Below, in pieces: positions 9,909 through 21,033 of a stretch of 64,000 nucleotides of DNA; the stretch's first letter is position 1; each line of letters opens with the position of its first letter. The DNA comes from Myxococcota bacterium (lineage in GTDB: Bacteria; Myxococcota; XYA12-FULL-58-9; JALHOP01), in NCBI GenBank assembly GCA_041288095.1, contig JBGGMJ010000082.1, forward strand, positions 1-64,000. The letters run 5' to 3'. The notes beneath the pieces were generated by a model that was given only the letters and a program-made list of their open reading frames with translations, made no database searches and had not been told where the DNA came from. The translations under genes and the position numbers were made by a program.

Positions 9909-11072
9909 ATGGAGCTCGTCCAGAGCTTGTCCGCTTTCATGGACAAGCATGTCTACCCCAACGAGGATGCGTTTGCCCGGCACGCGGTCAGCGATCAGCG
10001 CTGGACACCGTGGCCCGGCATGGAGCCATTGAAGGCCGCGGCTCGTTCAGCGAGCCTATGGAATCTCTTCGAAACGTTGTCGAACGCCGAGTACGCCCCG
10101 CTCTGTGAGCTGATGGGTCGCGTGCCCTGGTCCGCCGAGGTCTTCAACTGCTCGGCGCCCGACAGCGGCAACATGGAAGTCCTCGCGCGCTACGGCAGCG
10201 ACGCCCAGAAAGCGCGCTGGCTCACGCCGCTCCGTGAAGGCAAGGTGCGCAGCGCCTTCGCCATGACCGAGCCGGCGGTCGCCTCGAGCGACGCCACCAA
10301 CATCGAGGGCTCGATTGTCCGCGATGGCGAGTCCTACGTGGTGAACGGCCGCAAGTGGTGGACCAGCGGCGCCAACGACCCGCGCTGCGCCTTCTACATC
10401 TTCATGGGTCAGAGCGATCCGGAGAACGTCGACCGTCACCGCAGACAATCGATGATCCTCGTGCCCGCCGATGCGCCCGGCGTGACCGTGCATCGCGCAC
10501 TGCGCGTCTTCGGCTTCGACGACGCACCGCACGGTCACGCCGAGGTCAGCTTCGCCGACGTGCGCGTGCCCGCCGAGAACATGATCCTCGGTGAAGGCCA
10601 GGGCTTTGCGATCGCCCAGGGGCGCTTGGGGCCCGGGCGTATCCACCACTGCATGCGACTCATCGGACTTGCCGAGCGCGCGCTGGAGCGCATGTGCACC
10701 CGCGTCAGCTCGCGCAAGGCGTTCGGTAAGCCCTTGTCCGAGCAGACGGTCACGCTCGAGCGCATCGCCGAGTCCCGGGTCCGCATCGACCAAGCGCGAC
10801 TCCTGGTGCTCGACGCGGCGCGCCAGATCGACGACGCCGGCAACAAGCAGGCGGCGCCCGCCATCGCGGCCATCAAGATCGTCGCTCCTTCCATGGCCTG
10901 TCAGGTGATCGACTGGGCCATCCAGGCGCACGGTGGCGCCGGGCTCTGCGACGACTTCGGACTCGCTTACGCGTATGCGGTGGCGCGCGCCCTGCGTCTC
11001 GCCGACGGGCCCGACGAGGTCCATCGCAATCAGCTCGCGATCATGGAGCTCAAGAAGCAATCGCGACATTGA
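9909..11072 (+). CDS. Acyl-CoA dehydrogenase (ACAD10/11-like)
   Basis: [53 protein letters not shown]. Confidence 0.93.
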   Translation: MELVQSLSAFMDKHVYPNEDAFARHAVSDQRWTPWPGMEPLKAAARSASLWNLFETLSNAEYAPLCELMGRVPWSAEVFNCSAPDSGNMEVLARYGSDAQKARWLTPLREGKVRSAFAMTEPAVASSDATNIEGSIVRDGESYVVNGRKWWTSGANDPRCAFYIFMGQSDPENVDRHRRQSMILVPADAPGVTVHRALRVFGFDDAPHGHAEVSFADVRVPAENMILGEGQGFAIAQGRLGPGRIHHCMRLIGLAERALERMCTRVSSRKAFGKPLSEQTVTLERIAESRVRIDQARLLVLDAARQIDDAGNKQAAPAIAAIKIVAPSMACQVIDWAIQAHGGAGLCDDFGLAYAYAVARALRLADGPDEVHRNQLAIMELKKQSRH

Positions 11073-11171
11073 GGTCACGGCGGCGGCGCGCACCCAAGTG
11101 GTGCAACTTGCCACCGCGTCACGCGCGGTGCCGTCGAGGAAAAACCCATGTGTGACGCGGCCGCGCCGAGT

Positions 11172-11186
11172 TGGCCCGCGCCTTGC
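11172..11186 (+). promoter_or_regulatory. Putative sigma54 promoter for the small Cys-rich lipoprotein
   Basis: TGGCCCGCGCCTTGC, GG-N10-GC, about 50 nt upstream of ATG 11238. Confidence 0.55.
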
Positions 11187-11237
11187 TCTCTCCCTTGTCA
11201 GACCGCTGTTGCGGTCACGAATGGGGGATTGAAGAAT

Positions 11238-11522
11238 ATGCGTTACGCTGTGTTGGCCGTCGCCGCTGCCTTGAGCATTTCGGTGGTTGGCTGTGGCGCC
11301 GAAGAAGAGATTGATTGCTTCAAGATTTGTAAACACTACGACGACTGCGTCGATTCCAACTATGACGTGAGCGCTTGCCAGGACCGCTGCGAGGACGACT
11401 CGGACAACGTCGCCGGCTATGAAGCCCGTGCCGATGCTTGTGAGTCGTGCATCGACGGCGACACCTCGTGCGTCGAGGCGGGTTTCGCCTGCGCCGATGA
11501 GTGCGCTGGCATCATCCCGTAA
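11238..11522 (+). CDS. Small Cys-rich lipoprotein
   Basis: Signal peptide with lipobox VVGC; 10 further Cys, mostly CxxxC/CxxC, acidic. Confidence 0.8.
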   Translation: MRYAVLAVAAALSISVVGCGAEEEIDCFKICKHYDDCVDSNYDVSACQDRCEDDSDNVAGYEARADACESCIDGDTSCVEAGFACADECAGIIP

Positions 11523-11677
11523 GTCGTTTCGGTAACGGCAAAGGGTTGCCGGCGGTGGTGCGCCCAAGTCTTCGCGCCTCGTCGCCGGTACCCTTCGCCG
11601 CTCAAGTGGCTCTTGACCAAAGGCGAGCCATCGCGCATTGAGCGTCCCAGCTTTTTCAAAAAAAGGGACGCCGCATC

Positions 11678-12112
11678 ATGGCCATCGAACGCACCCTCTC
11701 CATCGTCAAGCCGGACGCCGTCGCCGCCGGTCACATCGGCGACATCCTCGCCATCTTCGAAAAGAACGGCCTCAAGCTCGTCGCCGGCAAGCTCATGTGG
11801 CTCAACCGCCCCAAGGCGCGCGAGTTCTACGCCGTCCACAAAGAGCGTCCCTTCTTCAACAGCCTGGTCGACTTCATGGTGAGCGGCCCCTGCTTCGTCT
11901 CGGTCCTCGAAGGCGACAACGCCATCAAGAAGAACCGTGACCTGATGGGCGCGACCGACCCCGCGAAAGCGGACAAGGGCACCATCCGCAAGCTCTTCGC
12001 CGCCAACATCGAGCGCAACGCCGCCCACGGCAGCGACGGTCCCGACACCGCGAAGGTGGAGATCAGCCACTTCTTCAGTGGCCTCGAGCTCAACGACTAC
12101 GAGCGCTCGTAA
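11678..12112 (+). CDS. ndk: Nucleoside diphosphate kinase
   Basis: [30 protein letters not shown]. Confidence 0.97.
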   Translation: MAIERTLSIVKPDAVAAGHIGDILAIFEKNGLKLVAGKLMWLNRPKAREFYAVHKERPFFNSLVDFMVSGPCFVSVLEGDNAIKKNRDLMGATDPAKADKGTIRKLFAANIERNAAHGSDGPDTAKVEISHFFSGLELNDYERS

Positions 12113-13523
12113 CCCTCCACGGTCCGCGTCGGCGCGGCTCCTGCTCGCGGCAGGGGCCGTCCCGCTTTGCCTCTCCTTGGCGATGGCGTCCGGTGCCTGG
12201 ATAGCCGCTCGCGACTATTGTTTCCATCACGAGGATTTCGGGATCTACGCCGAGGCGCTCGCGCGTCTGTCCTGGCACGACCTGAACCCGTTTCTCACCG
12301 CGAGAGACATCCGGCTCTTCAACGACCACTTCGATCCCATCCTGTTGCTCGCCGCGCCGCTGCGGGTGTTCGGCCCGGCGTGGAAAGTGGCCCTCGGCAC
12401 CGAGTGGTTGTTCATCGCCCTTTCGCTGGTGCCGCTCCTCTGGCTCGCGAAGCAGCGGCGACTATCCGCTTTAGCGGTCATCACCGCGTCCTCCCTCCTC
12501 GTCATCAATCCCGCGGTGAGTCGCGCGCTCAGATTTCCCGTGCATCCGACGGCCTGGGCGATTGCCCCGATGATGGCCATCGTCGCCATGGTGAGCTTGC
12601 GCCGCTACCGACTGCTGCCGCTCGCGCTCGTCGTGCTCTTTGCGTGCAAGGAAGAGTTTCCGTTTTTTGGCGTTGCTCTCGGGCTCGCGCTGCTGAAACA
12701 GGGTGAACGGCGACCGGCGGTCACGGCGCTCGTATTATCCTGCGCCTGGCTCGTCGTCGCCTTCGTGTTGCGTCCGTACCTCGTCGGGCCGACCAGCGCA
12801 TACGCTAGCTCGTTGTTCGCGGACCTGTGGCTCGACCCAGTCGCTTACTTTCGTGATCGGCTCACGGCGAATGGGCTCGGTTCCGGCCTGTGGGACTTCG
12901 CCGCTCCCACCTTGCCCCTGCTCGTGTGGCTCATGCTGCAACGGCGCCGTCCCGATCTCACCCTGTTGATCGCGGCCTTACCGCTCCTCGCCATTCGTTT
13001 TCTCGGTTCGGCTTGGCGTCACCACTACCTTGCGCCGCTCGCGCCGATCCTCGTCGCGCTCTACATCGGAGCGCACGACGAGCGCCCGGTGCCCGCCTAC
13101 CTCTCGTTCATCACCCTCGCGATCACCCTCGCCTTGAATGGAGCGAACGCTCGCTTCGCGCTGGCGCGTTGGGGCGGCGATATTGCCGCGGCCCCTCACT
13201 ACTGCCCCGCGCGTGAGACGCGGCTCGCGACACTCGACGATGCCGTCGACCGACTCGACGCGGAGCGCGACGGCGCCGTGCTGGTTCAAGGCAACCTCTT
13301 CGCGCAGCTCGCGGAGCGCACCGATGTTTACGTCGTCGGGAACTTCCAAGGGGGTCCACGACCCTACCGCTTCGTCTTGCTCGAGAAGCCACCGCTTGGC
13401 GATCCGTATCCTCACTCGCATCACGCCATCGAGGAGCTCATTGTGCGCGCTCGCCGCGACGCCACCAACGTGCTCGCCGACACCGACGGCCTATTCTTCG
13501 CGGAAGGCGCGTTTCGGTTTTGA
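12078..13523 (+). CDS. DUF2079-like integral membrane protein (GT-C-like); true start probably downstream of ndk
   Basis: DFGIY, DHFDPIL, VHP, CKEE motifs with multiple TM helices. Confidence 0.7.
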   Translation: MASSSTTTSARNPPRSASARLLLAAGAVPLCLSLAMASGAWIAARDYCFHHEDFGIYAEALARLSWHDLNPFLTARDIRLFNDHFDPILLLAAPLRVFGPAWKVALGTEWLFIALSLVPLLWLAKQRRLSALAVITASSLLVINPAVSRALRFPVHPTAWAIAPMMAIVAMVSLRRYRLLPLALVVLFACKEEFPFFGVALGLALLKQGERRPAVTALVLSCAWLVVAFVLRPYLVGPTSAYASSLFADLWLDPVAYFRDRLTANGLGSGLWDFAAPTLPLLVWLMLQRRRPDLTLLIAALPLLAIRFLGSAWRHHYLAPLAPILVALYIGAHDERPVPAYLSFITLAITLALNGANARFALARWGGDIAAAPHYCPARETRLATLDDAVDRLDAERDGAVLVQGNLFAQLAERTDVYVVGNFQGGPRPYRFVLLEKPPLGDPYPHSHHAIEELIVRARRDATNVLADTDGLFFAEGAFRF

Positions 13524-13563
13524 CGCGGGCGCCATTGCGTCGTTCCGGCTAAAACCTCCGCTC

Positions 13564-14022
13564 ATGCGTTGGGCGCTCGTCACCATGGTTCTCGCGGGCG
13601 TCGGTCTCCGCGGCGGCGATGCCATGGCAAGAACGCAACAGGTGATCGCGGACCCGACGCCTCCCGATTTCAAGGAGCTGCTACAGATCCTCTTGCGCCA
13701 GCAGAACCTGAAGCTCGGCAACGCCGTCCATCACGACGGCTGCGTCGCAAGCGAAACCTTGGGCGACTATCTCTCCACCCTCATCGCCAACGGGTCGCAG
13801 GGCGAGGTGCACTCACTCGCCGGCACCTGCGCGACCTACGATCCCAAGAAATCGGTGCTCCACCCACCCCGGATGTTCGATATGTTCTGGGAATGTCGGG
13901 TGCGCGCGACGACCGGCGGCAGCGGGGGGAAAGGCCAGTGGCGCTACGAGCTGGCGGTGCTCGTCGACCAAGCGACGCGAAAAATGGACCCAAAGACGCT
14001 GGCCTGCCCGTCGGGGCCCTGA
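13564..14022 (+). CDS. Hypothetical exported protein
   Basis: Hydrophobic N-terminus, 4 Cys, fills the gap between co-oriented genes. Confidence 0.6.
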   Translation: MRWALVTMVLAGVGLRGGDAMARTQQVIADPTPPDFKELLQILLRQQNLKLGNAVHHDGCVASETLGDYLSTLIANGSQGEVHSLAGTCATYDPKKSVLHPPRMFDMFWECRVRATTGGSGGKGQWRYELAVLVDQATRKMDPKTLACPSGP

Positions 14023-14084
14023 CGTAAAGCCCGTGTCTTCGGTTTGAACCTACACACTGCTTCCGGCTACCCTCAGGCTTCAAC

Positions 14085-15368
14085 ATGACCATCGAGGGCA
14101 AGAAGATCGGGGCCTATTCCGTGATCTCGGAAATCGGCTCCGGCGGCATGGCCGTGGTCTACAAGGCCGAGCAGCCCGCCCTCAACCGGCTGGTCGCGAT
14201 CAAAGAGCTACGCAAAGAGCTCGCCACCGACTTGTCGCTGGTGACCCGCTTCGAGCGCGAAGCCAAGAGCGTCGCCGCGCTCGCGCACCAGAACATCGTC
14301 CACATCTACGATTTCCTGTCGCGCGCCAACTCCATGTACATCGTCATGGAGTTCGTCGAGGGCATCGACGTTTACGATCTGATCGGCCGTGTCGGCCGCT
14401 TGCCGCCCGAGATTGCCTCGATCATCGCGCTGCAAGCCGCGCGCGCCCTCGAATACGCCCACTATCGCGGAGTCGTACACCGCGACTTCAAGCCGTCGAA
14501 TCTGATGATCACGAAGCAAGGCGAAGTGAAGTTGATGGACTTCGGCATCGCCCGTGACATCGCCAACGACGACCTGACGCGGCCCGGCACCGCCATCGGC
14601 ACGCCGGCCTACATGTCGCCCGAGCAGATCATGGGCGAGCGCGTCGACTTCCGCTCCGACATCTTCTCGTTCGGCATCGTGCTCTACCAGATGCTCACGG
14701 GGAAAAAGCCGTTCATCGAGGACGACTCGAAGAGTGTCATGCAGCGCATCTTGAACGAGCCGTACGTGCGGCCGCGCAAGCTCTACCCGGACATCCCGTG
14801 GCGCCTGCAGCGCATCGTCAAAAAGTGCCTCAACAAGGACCCGAACAAGCGCTACCGCACGACCGAGCACTTGCGACGCGACCTCGAGAGCTACGTCGCC
14901 GGCACCGTCCGCATCAACTACGCCGGGCGTCTCGTCATCTTCCTGCTCAATCGCGAGCTCATGAGCGCCAACGAGGCGTCGACGTACGTGCGCGAGGAAG
15001 ACCTGAAGTCGCTGGTGTCGAAGGCGGTCGATACCGGCACCTTGTCGCCGGCGGCGGTGGTCTTGCGCCCGCTCCTGCTCGCCAACACCGCGCTGCTCGC
15101 GGTCTTCGCCGCCTGGGCGGGTATCGTCGATGTCGCCGACCTGGGCATCGAGAACGGCTTCGTGCGCGTGAACGCGGTGCCGTGGGCCGAGGTGATGGTG
15201 AACGGCGAAACTTACGACGTCACGCCCTTCGCCAAGCCCATCGTCTTGCCACCAGGCAGGCACTCGATTGAGTTCCGCAACGATTACTTCGAGCCGCAAC
15301 GCGAGATCGTCGACGTCGAGCCGGGTGTCACGCAGAGCGTCCGCGTGGAGCTGGCGAGGAAGCGATGA
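14085..15368 (+). CDS. Membrane Ser/Thr protein kinase with C-terminal PEGA-like domain
   Basis: IGSGGMAVVY, VAIK, HRDFKPSN, DFGIA, YMSPEQ; TM; VNAVPWAEV...PGRH. Confidence 0.93.
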   Translation: MTIEGKKIGAYSVISEIGSGGMAVVYKAEQPALNRLVAIKELRKELATDLSLVTRFEREAKSVAALAHQNIVHIYDFLSRANSMYIVMEFVEGIDVYDLIGRVGRLPPEIASIIALQAARALEYAHYRGVVHRDFKPSNLMITKQGEVKLMDFGIARDIANDDLTRPGTAIGTPAYMSPEQIMGERVDFRSDIFSFGIVLYQMLTGKKPFIEDDSKSVMQRILNEPYVRPRKLYPDIPWRLQRIVKKCLNKDPNKRYRTTEHLRRDLESYVAGTVRINYAGRLVIFLLNRELMSANEASTYVREEDLKSLVSKAVDTGTLSPAAVVLRPLLLANTALLAVFAAWAGIVDVADLGIENGFVRVNAVPWAEVMVNGETYDVTPFAKPIVLPPGRHSIEFRNDYFEPQREIVDVEPGVTQSVRVELARKR

Positions 15369-16372
15369 GAGCGGCGCTCCCCTGCCTCGCGGTCATGCTC
15401 GCGCTCGCCAGCAACGCGCGCGCCGCCGAGGTGTACCACACGCTGCGCGACGGCGAGACGCTGCAGCAGGTTGCTCGCTACTATTACGGCTCCGGGTGGA
15501 AGGCCTCGTACATCGTCGGCCGCAACGGACTGTCCGCCGAAACGGACGCAAAAGCAGGCAAGACCTACGCCGTGCCCGCCGGCACGACCTACAAGATCCG
15601 CAAGGGCGACTCGCTCGCCTCCATCGCCAAGCGCGAGCTCGGCGACAAGGAGCGCTACCGCTTCATCATGACGGCGAACAACATCACCGACATCAACGAC
15701 CTCGAGGTCGGTCGTGAGCTGCTGATGCCGTTCGTCGTCAAGCACACCGTCGTCGCCAACGAGAGCTTGAGCAGCATATCGAAGCTCTATTTCCACTCGA
15801 CCAAGCAGGTGAAGGTCATCCAGGAATACAACGGCCTGCCCACGTCGGCGGCTGCCCTGGGCGTGAAGCTCCTCATCCCCATCGTCGACAAAGACACGCT
15901 CGACGTGAGGAAGAAATCGCCGATGCCACGAGGCGCCGCCGCGACCGCGACAGCGGACGAGACACCCCCGGAGGAGGCGAAGAGCAAGGACCCACCGCTC
16001 GCCGCGATGCCCAGCGACGAGCCAGGCGACAAGTCGCCGGGAGCGCGCATCCGCCGCGCCGTCAAGCAGTACCACGCTGGCGACTTCGACCAAGCTTGCC
16101 GCGACCTCGAGCGACTGCTCGGCGAGCCCCGACTCGCCCGCGATGACCGCCTGCGGGTCATCGAATATTGCGGCTACTGCGCGGTTGCCTACGGTGACAT
16201 GGGTCCAGCCCGCGACTATTTCCGCCGCTGGCTCGAAATGCGGCCCGACGTTCAGCTCGACCCGGTCTTCACCTCGCCCAAGATCCGCACCGCCGTCGAG
16301 GAAGCCCGCAAGGACATCCAGCGCGCGCGCGGCCCCGAGCAGCCGCCGCCCGTAACCGGCGACCACGACTAG
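15365..16372 (+). CDS. Exported protein with three LysM domains and C-terminal TPR
   Basis: Signal peptide; YHTLRDGETL, YKIRKGDSLASIA, HTVVANESLSSIS; TPR-like helices; ATGA overlap with the kinase. Confidence 0.85.
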   Translation: MRAALPCLAVMLALASNARAAEVYHTLRDGETLQQVARYYYGSGWKASYIVGRNGLSAETDAKAGKTYAVPAGTTYKIRKGDSLASIAKRELGDKERYRFIMTANNITDINDLEVGRELLMPFVVKHTVVANESLSSISKLYFHSTKQVKVIQEYNGLPTSAAALGVKLLIPIVDKDTLDVRKKSPMPRGAAATATADETPPEEAKSKDPPLAAMPSDEPGDKSPGARIRRAVKQYHAGDFDQACRDLERLLGEPRLARDDRLRVIEYCGYCAVAYGDMGPARDYFRRWLEMRPDVQLDPVFTSPKIRTAVEEARKDIQRARGPEQPPPVTGDHD

Positions 16373-16419
16373 GAGCTGGTGGCGCAACGCCTCGCACTCG
16401 TGTTACCACCGGCCCCCAA

Positions 16420-17343
16420 ATGAGTCTGTTGGTCGTAGGCACCGTAGCGTTCGACGCCATCGAAACCCCATTCGGCACGCGTGAGAAGACCGTCGGCGGC
16501 TCGGCGAGCTTCCTCGGTCACGCGGCGTCGTACTTCACGAAGCCCCACCTGGTGAGCGTCATCGGCGACGACTTTCCCGAGGAAGTGCTCGCGAAGTACC
16601 AGGCCCGCGGCATCGACACTCAGGGCATCGAACGCCAAAAAGGCGGCAAGACCTTCTTCTGGAAGGGTCGCTACGACCAGAATCTGAACGTCGCCCACAC
16701 CCTCGAGACCCAGCTCAACGTGCTCGCGACCTTCGAGCCCAAGGTGCCGGCGGCCTATCGCAGCCTTCCCTACGTGATGCTCGGCAACTTCGACCCGGTG
16801 CTGCAACGTCGTGTCGTCGAGCAGCTCTCGGGCACCAAGCTCGTCGCCGCCGACACCATGAACTACTGGATCACCGACCACAACGCCGAGCTGCGCAAGA
16901 CGCTCAAGCACGTACACATGCTCTCGGTGAACGAGGGCGAAGCGCGCATGTTGTCGGGCGAGTGGAACCTGCGCAAGGCAGCGCTCGCTATCGCGGACAT
17001 GGGCCCCAAAATCGTCGTCGTCAAGCGCGGCGAGTACGGCGCGACGCTGTTCACCGAAGACGGCATATTCGTTGCGCCCGCTTTCATGCTCGAGACGGCG
17101 CTCGATCCGACCGGCGCCGGTGACTCGTTCGCGGGCGGCCTCCTCGGCCACGTGGCCCGGCTCGACTCGGTGAAGCCACGCGTCTTGCGCCAAGCCATCG
17201 TCATGGGCAGCTCGCTCGGCTCTTTCGCGGTCGAGGGCTTCGGCCTCGAGCGCTACGACTCGCTCGAGCCCGGCGAGATCCGGGAGCGCTTCGAGCAACT
17301 CCACGCGCTCACGAACTTCGAGACCGCCGGCATTCCCTGGTGA
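16420..17343 (+). CDS. PfkB family carbohydrate/nucleoside kinase
   Basis: GGSA, NEGEA, DPTGAGDSFAGG. Confidence 0.93.
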   Translation: MSLLVVGTVAFDAIETPFGTREKTVGGSASFLGHAASYFTKPHLVSVIGDDFPEEVLAKYQARGIDTQGIERQKGGKTFFWKGRYDQNLNVAHTLETQLNVLATFEPKVPAAYRSLPYVMLGNFDPVLQRRVVEQLSGTKLVAADTMNYWITDHNAELRKTLKHVHMLSVNEGEARMLSGEWNLRKAALAIADMGPKIVVVKRGEYGATLFTEDGIFVAPAFMLETALDPTGAGDSFAGGLLGHVARLDSVKPRVLRQAIVMGSSLGSFAVEGFGLERYDSLEPGEIRERFEQLHALTNFETAGIPW

Positions 17344-17921
17344 CGTTGCCGCAGCCGAAGCGCGGCATCACACCGCGCGACTTCTATCATCAATACATCC
17401 CCGAGCTCTGGGCGGCCTTGGTCGGCCCGGTGCCGGCCCTGGTTGGTGTCACGGCCGGCGTGTCCGTGGCTGGCGACGGTGAGTACGCCATCGCGCTGAC
17501 GGACGCAGGCCTCGCCACGAGCGACGGCAAGCCCGCGGATGCCCTGCTCGTCTTCAACACCGACGTCGCCAGCTGGCGTATCGCCCTGATCGAGCTGTTG
17601 CCGCGCGTGTTGAAGCACATCGAGCCCAAGGTCACGCCCACGAAAGTCGCGCTTCACCTTGGACGCATCGACCTCGGCGGGCTGCGCAAGGCGCCCGGTA
17701 GCCTCACCCTCGTCTTCGAAGACGACGCCGGCGACGAAGCCAAGGTAGTGCTCACGGTCGGCGAGAGTGGCGGCCCCGCGGCGAGCATTCACGTCACCGA
17801 CACCGAGCTCTGGCGGCTCCTCGAGAGCGGCATCAAGCTCTCTCAGCTCGTGCGCAGCCGGGTCAAAGTGAGCGGCGACCTCGGCTATCTGTTGACCTTG
17901 GCAAGGGTCGCCGAAGGCTAA
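17340..17921 (+). CDS. Hypothetical protein, SCP2-like lipid-binding fold
   Basis: GTGA overlap with pfkB; C-terminal RVKVSGDLGYLL resembles SCP2. Confidence 0.55.
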   Translation: MTLPQPKRGITPRDFYHQYIPELWAALVGPVPALVGVTAGVSVAGDGEYAIALTDAGLATSDGKPADALLVFNTDVASWRIALIELLPRVLKHIEPKVTPTKVALHLGRIDLGGLRKAPGSLTLVFEDDAGDEAKVVLTVGESGGPAASIHVTDTELWRLLESGIKLSQLVRSRVKVSGDLGYLLTLARVAEG

Positions 17922-17957
17922 CCTCGTGCGCCGTGCCTGCCTGTCATCCCCAACGGT

Positions 17958-17985
17958 GAAACCTTCCTCCGACTTCCGCCGATAT
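17958..17985 (+). promoter_or_regulatory. Sigma28-like promoter motif
   Basis: GAAAC-N15-GCCGATAT, 8 nt upstream of ATG 17994. Confidence 0.55.
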
Positions 17986-17993
17986 GGCGCTAC

Positions 17994-18851
17994 ATGTCTG
18001 AGGTTCCAACAGCCACTCGTACGTCGTTATCCACCGCTCTCGTTGTAGGGGAGCAGTCTAGATCGCTCGCGGTCGTCAAACCGTTCACGACGCCGGTCGT
18101 CTTCGAGCGCCAGTCGCGGTTCCAGGACCTCATGGAGCTCCGCGGCCAAGAGCCGAAGCCCGAGCTCTTGCGCTATCGCCTGCTGAACCGCCCCGCCTCG
18201 TGGGGTGTGGTGCTCGCCGCCGCGACCGCGGCGATCGGCGCACCGGTTCTCGCGTTCATGGCGCTGCCTCTCTGGATGGCGGCCGTCGGGGCGGGTGGCG
18301 CGCTGGTCGTGGGATCGGCTGTCGGCGCCTTGTTCGAGGCGACCTCGCCGCTGGCGCTCGTGACCCGCCTCAATCACCTCCGCGAAGCCGACCTCAAGTT
18401 CCTGGGCGATCTCTCCGAAGCGAGCCCCATCGAGCAGGCCATCGTCGGTAGCCTGGCGACCCGCTGGGTGAGGCGCATCGACAACCAACGCGTCAACGGT
18501 GAAGCTGCCTATGCAAACCTCGAGGACATCATCGCGCACGCGAAAACGTTGCCCGAGGATGTGCGCCAGCGTGCCGACAAGATGGTGGCGCTGTACGACG
18601 CGACCAACGATCACAACGGCAAGCCGCTCGAGAAGATGACCGACGACCAGGCCCGGAACCTCATCAGCGCCTTCCAGAGCCTGCCGGTCGAGGATCAACC
18701 CGTCGTCGCGCACGAGCTCATGGTCCGCTATTTCAAGGGCGAAGTATCGCGCCACGGCGTCGAGAGTCATCAGAAGGCACGCGATCTCTACCGCGCGCTC
18801 CGCGACGGCATGAAGGCCGTGCCGCCCGTCAGCCTACCGCCGGCGAGCTAG
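17994..18851 (+). CDS. Orphan protein with Ser/Thr-rich N-terminus and bilobed hydrophobic segment
   Basis: No signal peptide; about 45-aa hydrophobic hairpin; helical C-terminus; convergent on the BMC operon. Confidence 0.75.
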   Translation: MSEVPTATRTSLSTALVVGEQSRSLAVVKPFTTPVVFERQSRFQDLMELRGQEPKPELLRYRLLNRPASWGVVLAAATAAIGAPVLAFMALPLWMAAVGAGGALVVGSAVGALFEATSPLALVTRLNHLREADLKFLGDLSEASPIEQAIVGSLATRWVRRIDNQRVNGEAAYANLEDIIAHAKTLPEDVRQRADKMVALYDATNDHNGKPLEKMTDDQARNLISAFQSLPVEDQPVVAHELMVRYFKGEVSRHGVESHQKARDLYRALRDGMKAVPPVSLPPAS

Positions 18852-20353
18852 ACGATGCGGAAGTAGTCTTTGAGGGTGCAGCGACGGCGCCGCGAGAAGT
18901 GGCGCGCGTTGGTGAGACCTTCGCCCGTCGGGCTCGAGATGGTGAACGAGGTGTAGCCCTCGCCGCCCAGACCCAGGCCGGCGTAGGTCGGCGCGTTCTT
19001 GGTGAAGATCGACGTGTTGATGACGCACGCCATGGCGTGCAGCGCCGCGATGTTGCGTGAGTACATGCAGGCGGTGTGACCGTTGCCATGCTCGCAGCGC
19101 ACGGCCATGGCGATGGCTTCGTCGACGTCGCGCACGCGCACGAGCCCAGTCACTGGCGTCAGCAGCTCGAGCTGCACGAACGGGTGATTCTCGGGCACCT
19201 CGGCGTAGGCGATGAGCGTGCCGTTGGGGGCGTTGACGCCAATCTCCTTCAAGATGAGCGCCGCGTCCTTGCCGACGAACTTCTTGTTGGGATGGCCGTC
19301 GACGACGATGAGCTTCTCTAGACGCGTGAGCTCGTCGCCCTTCACTTCGTAGGCGCCGTAGCGCGCCATCGAGCGCTTGAGGTCGTCCGCGATCGAGGAC
19401 ACCGCGATGATTTCCTTCTCGGCGGTGCAGACGATGTTGTTGTCGAGCGAGATGCCTTTGACGAGGCCTTCCGCGGCCTGCTCGATGTCGGCGGTCTCGT
19501 CGACGACGGCTGGCGGATTGCCGGGGCCGGCGGCGATCACCTTCTTGCCGCTGTTCATCGCCTCTTTGACGACACCAGGGCCGCCGGTGACGACCAAGAG
19601 CCGGATACCGGGGTGACGCATCAGCTGCTGCGCGAGCTCGATGGTCGGCTCGGCGGTGCAGCAAATGAGGTTCTCTGGGCCGCCCGCGCTCATAATGGCT
19701 TCGTTGAGGAACTGAACCGTGTAAGCGCTGACTTTTTTAGCGGACGGGTGCGCGTTGAAGATCACCGAGTTGCCGGCGGCGAGCATGCCGATGGCGTTGC
19801 AGATGATGGTCTCGGTGGGGTTCGTGGTCGGCGCGATGGCGCCGATGACGCCGAAGGGCGCGTACTCCTCGAGCATGAGGCCGTCGTCGCCGGTGACCGC
19901 CCACGGGTCGAGAATCTCGGGGCCCGGGGTCTTCTCGGTCACCAGACGGTTCTTGATGAGCTTCTGGTCGTAACGACCGAGGCCGGTCTCCTCGATGGCC
20001 ATGCGCGAGATGTTTTCGAGCTCGCGATAACAGCGCTCGCGCATCGCCGCGATGACGGCGAAGCGGCCTTTGAGGCCCATCGATTGATAGGCGCGGAAAG
20101 CCGCCGTGGCTCCGCTCACCGCTCCGTCGAGGTCGGTGAAGACGCCACGACCGATGCTGCCTTTGCTCGGCGACGAGGAGCCACCCGCGGGACGCGACTG
20201 CAGGTCCTTCTTGAGCGGGTCACAACCGTAGGGAGGATTGACGCTCGCGGGTGCCGGCCGGCGCAGCTGCGTCTCGCGGCTGCCCTCGCTCGCCAGACGC
20301 TCGACGACTCTCTCGACGAGCTCCGAGAGCTTCTCTTCCGAAATGTACGGCAT
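18848..20353 (-). CDS. BMC-associated CoA-acylating aldehyde dehydrogenase (EutE/PduP family)
   Basis: N-terminal encapsulation peptide SEEKLSELVERVVERLA; PTTNPT, TGGPGVV, GPGNPP, DNNIVCTAEKE, GEGYTSFTI. Confidence 0.93.
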   Translation of the reverse strand: MPYISEEKLSELVERVVERLASEGSRETQLRRPAPASVNPPYGCDPLKKDLQSRPAGGSSSPSKGSIGRGVFTDLDGAVSGATAAFRAYQSMGLKGRFAVIAAMRERCYRELENISRMAIEETGLGRYDQKLIKNRLVTEKTPGPEILDPWAVTGDDGLMLEEYAPFGVIGAIAPTTNPTETIICNAIGMLAAGNSVIFNAHPSAKKVSAYTVQFLNEAIMSAGGPENLICCTAEPTIELAQQLMRHPGIRLLVVTGGPGVVKEAMNSGKKVIAAGPGNPPAVVDETADIEQAAEGLVKGISLDNNIVCTAEKEIIAVSSIADDLKRSMARYGAYEVKGDELTRLEKLIVVDGHPNKKFVGKDAALILKEIGVNAPNGTLIAYAEVPENHPFVQLELLTPVTGLVRVRDVDEAIAMAVRCEHGNGHTACMYSRNIAALHAMACVINTSIFTKNAPTYAGLGLGGEGYTSFTISSPTGEGLTNARHFSRRRRCTLKDYFRIV

Positions 20354-20679
20354 CAGCCTTCGCTACCCTTGTGGTAAACGACGCCGCGCTTGTCGCCCAT
20401 GGGCTTTTCGGCGCCTTCGGCGCTGATGATATCGACGATGGCCATGACCACCGCGTCGACCGGACGGTCCTTGGTGACCTTCGTCTGCCGCGCCGAGCTG
20501 CCCGAGCAGTAGAGCACGACATCGCCGAGACCGGCACCGACCGCGTCGGCCGCGACGACATGCGAGCCCTTGGCGCGACCGTCGGGATCGGCGCCTTGCA
20601 GCAAAAGGAGCTTCAAGCCCTCGAGCTCGGCCTCCTTGCGGCTGGCGACGACGGTGCCGATGACGCGCGCGATGAGCAC
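20353..20679 (-). CDS. BMC vertex protein (BMC-P, EutN/CcmL family)
   Basis: [43 protein letters not shown]. Confidence 0.95.
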   Translation of the reverse strand: MLIARVIGTVVASRKEAELEGLKLLLLQGADPDGRAKGSHVVAADAVGAGLGDVVLYCSGSSARQTKVTKDRPVDAVVMAIVDIISAEGAEKPMGDKRGVVYHKGSEG

Positions 20680-20689
20680 TGGCTAGTCC

Positions 20690-21001
20690 TTACTTCTTGC
20701 CGCCGCCGTTGGCGTCAGTGGCGCCTTTGCGGCCGAGCGGGAGGACGTCGTCGATGTTGACGTGCGGCCGCGGGATGACGTGAACGCTGACCATCTCGCC
20801 GACACGCTCGGCGGCTCGGGCGCCGGCGTCGGTGGCCGCTTTGACGGCCGCGACGTCACCGCGCACGATGGCGGTCACGTAACCACCGCCGATGCGCTCG
20901 TAACCGACGAGCTCGACACGCGCCGCCTTCACCATGGCGTCGGCGGCTTCGACCATCGCCGTGAATCCCTTGGTCTCGATCATGCCCAACGCTTCTGCCA
21001 T
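20690..21001 (-). CDS. BMC hexamer shell protein (BMC-H)
   Basis: [35 protein letters not shown]. Confidence 0.96.
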   Translation of the reverse strand: MAEALGMIETKGFTAMVEAADAMVKAARVELVGYERIGGGYVTAIVRGDVAAVKAATDAGARAAERVGEMVSVHVIPRPHVNIDDVLPLGRKGATDANGGGKK

Positions 21002-21033
21002 TTTCTCTTCCTCGTGTTGGCGGGCCAGGCCCG

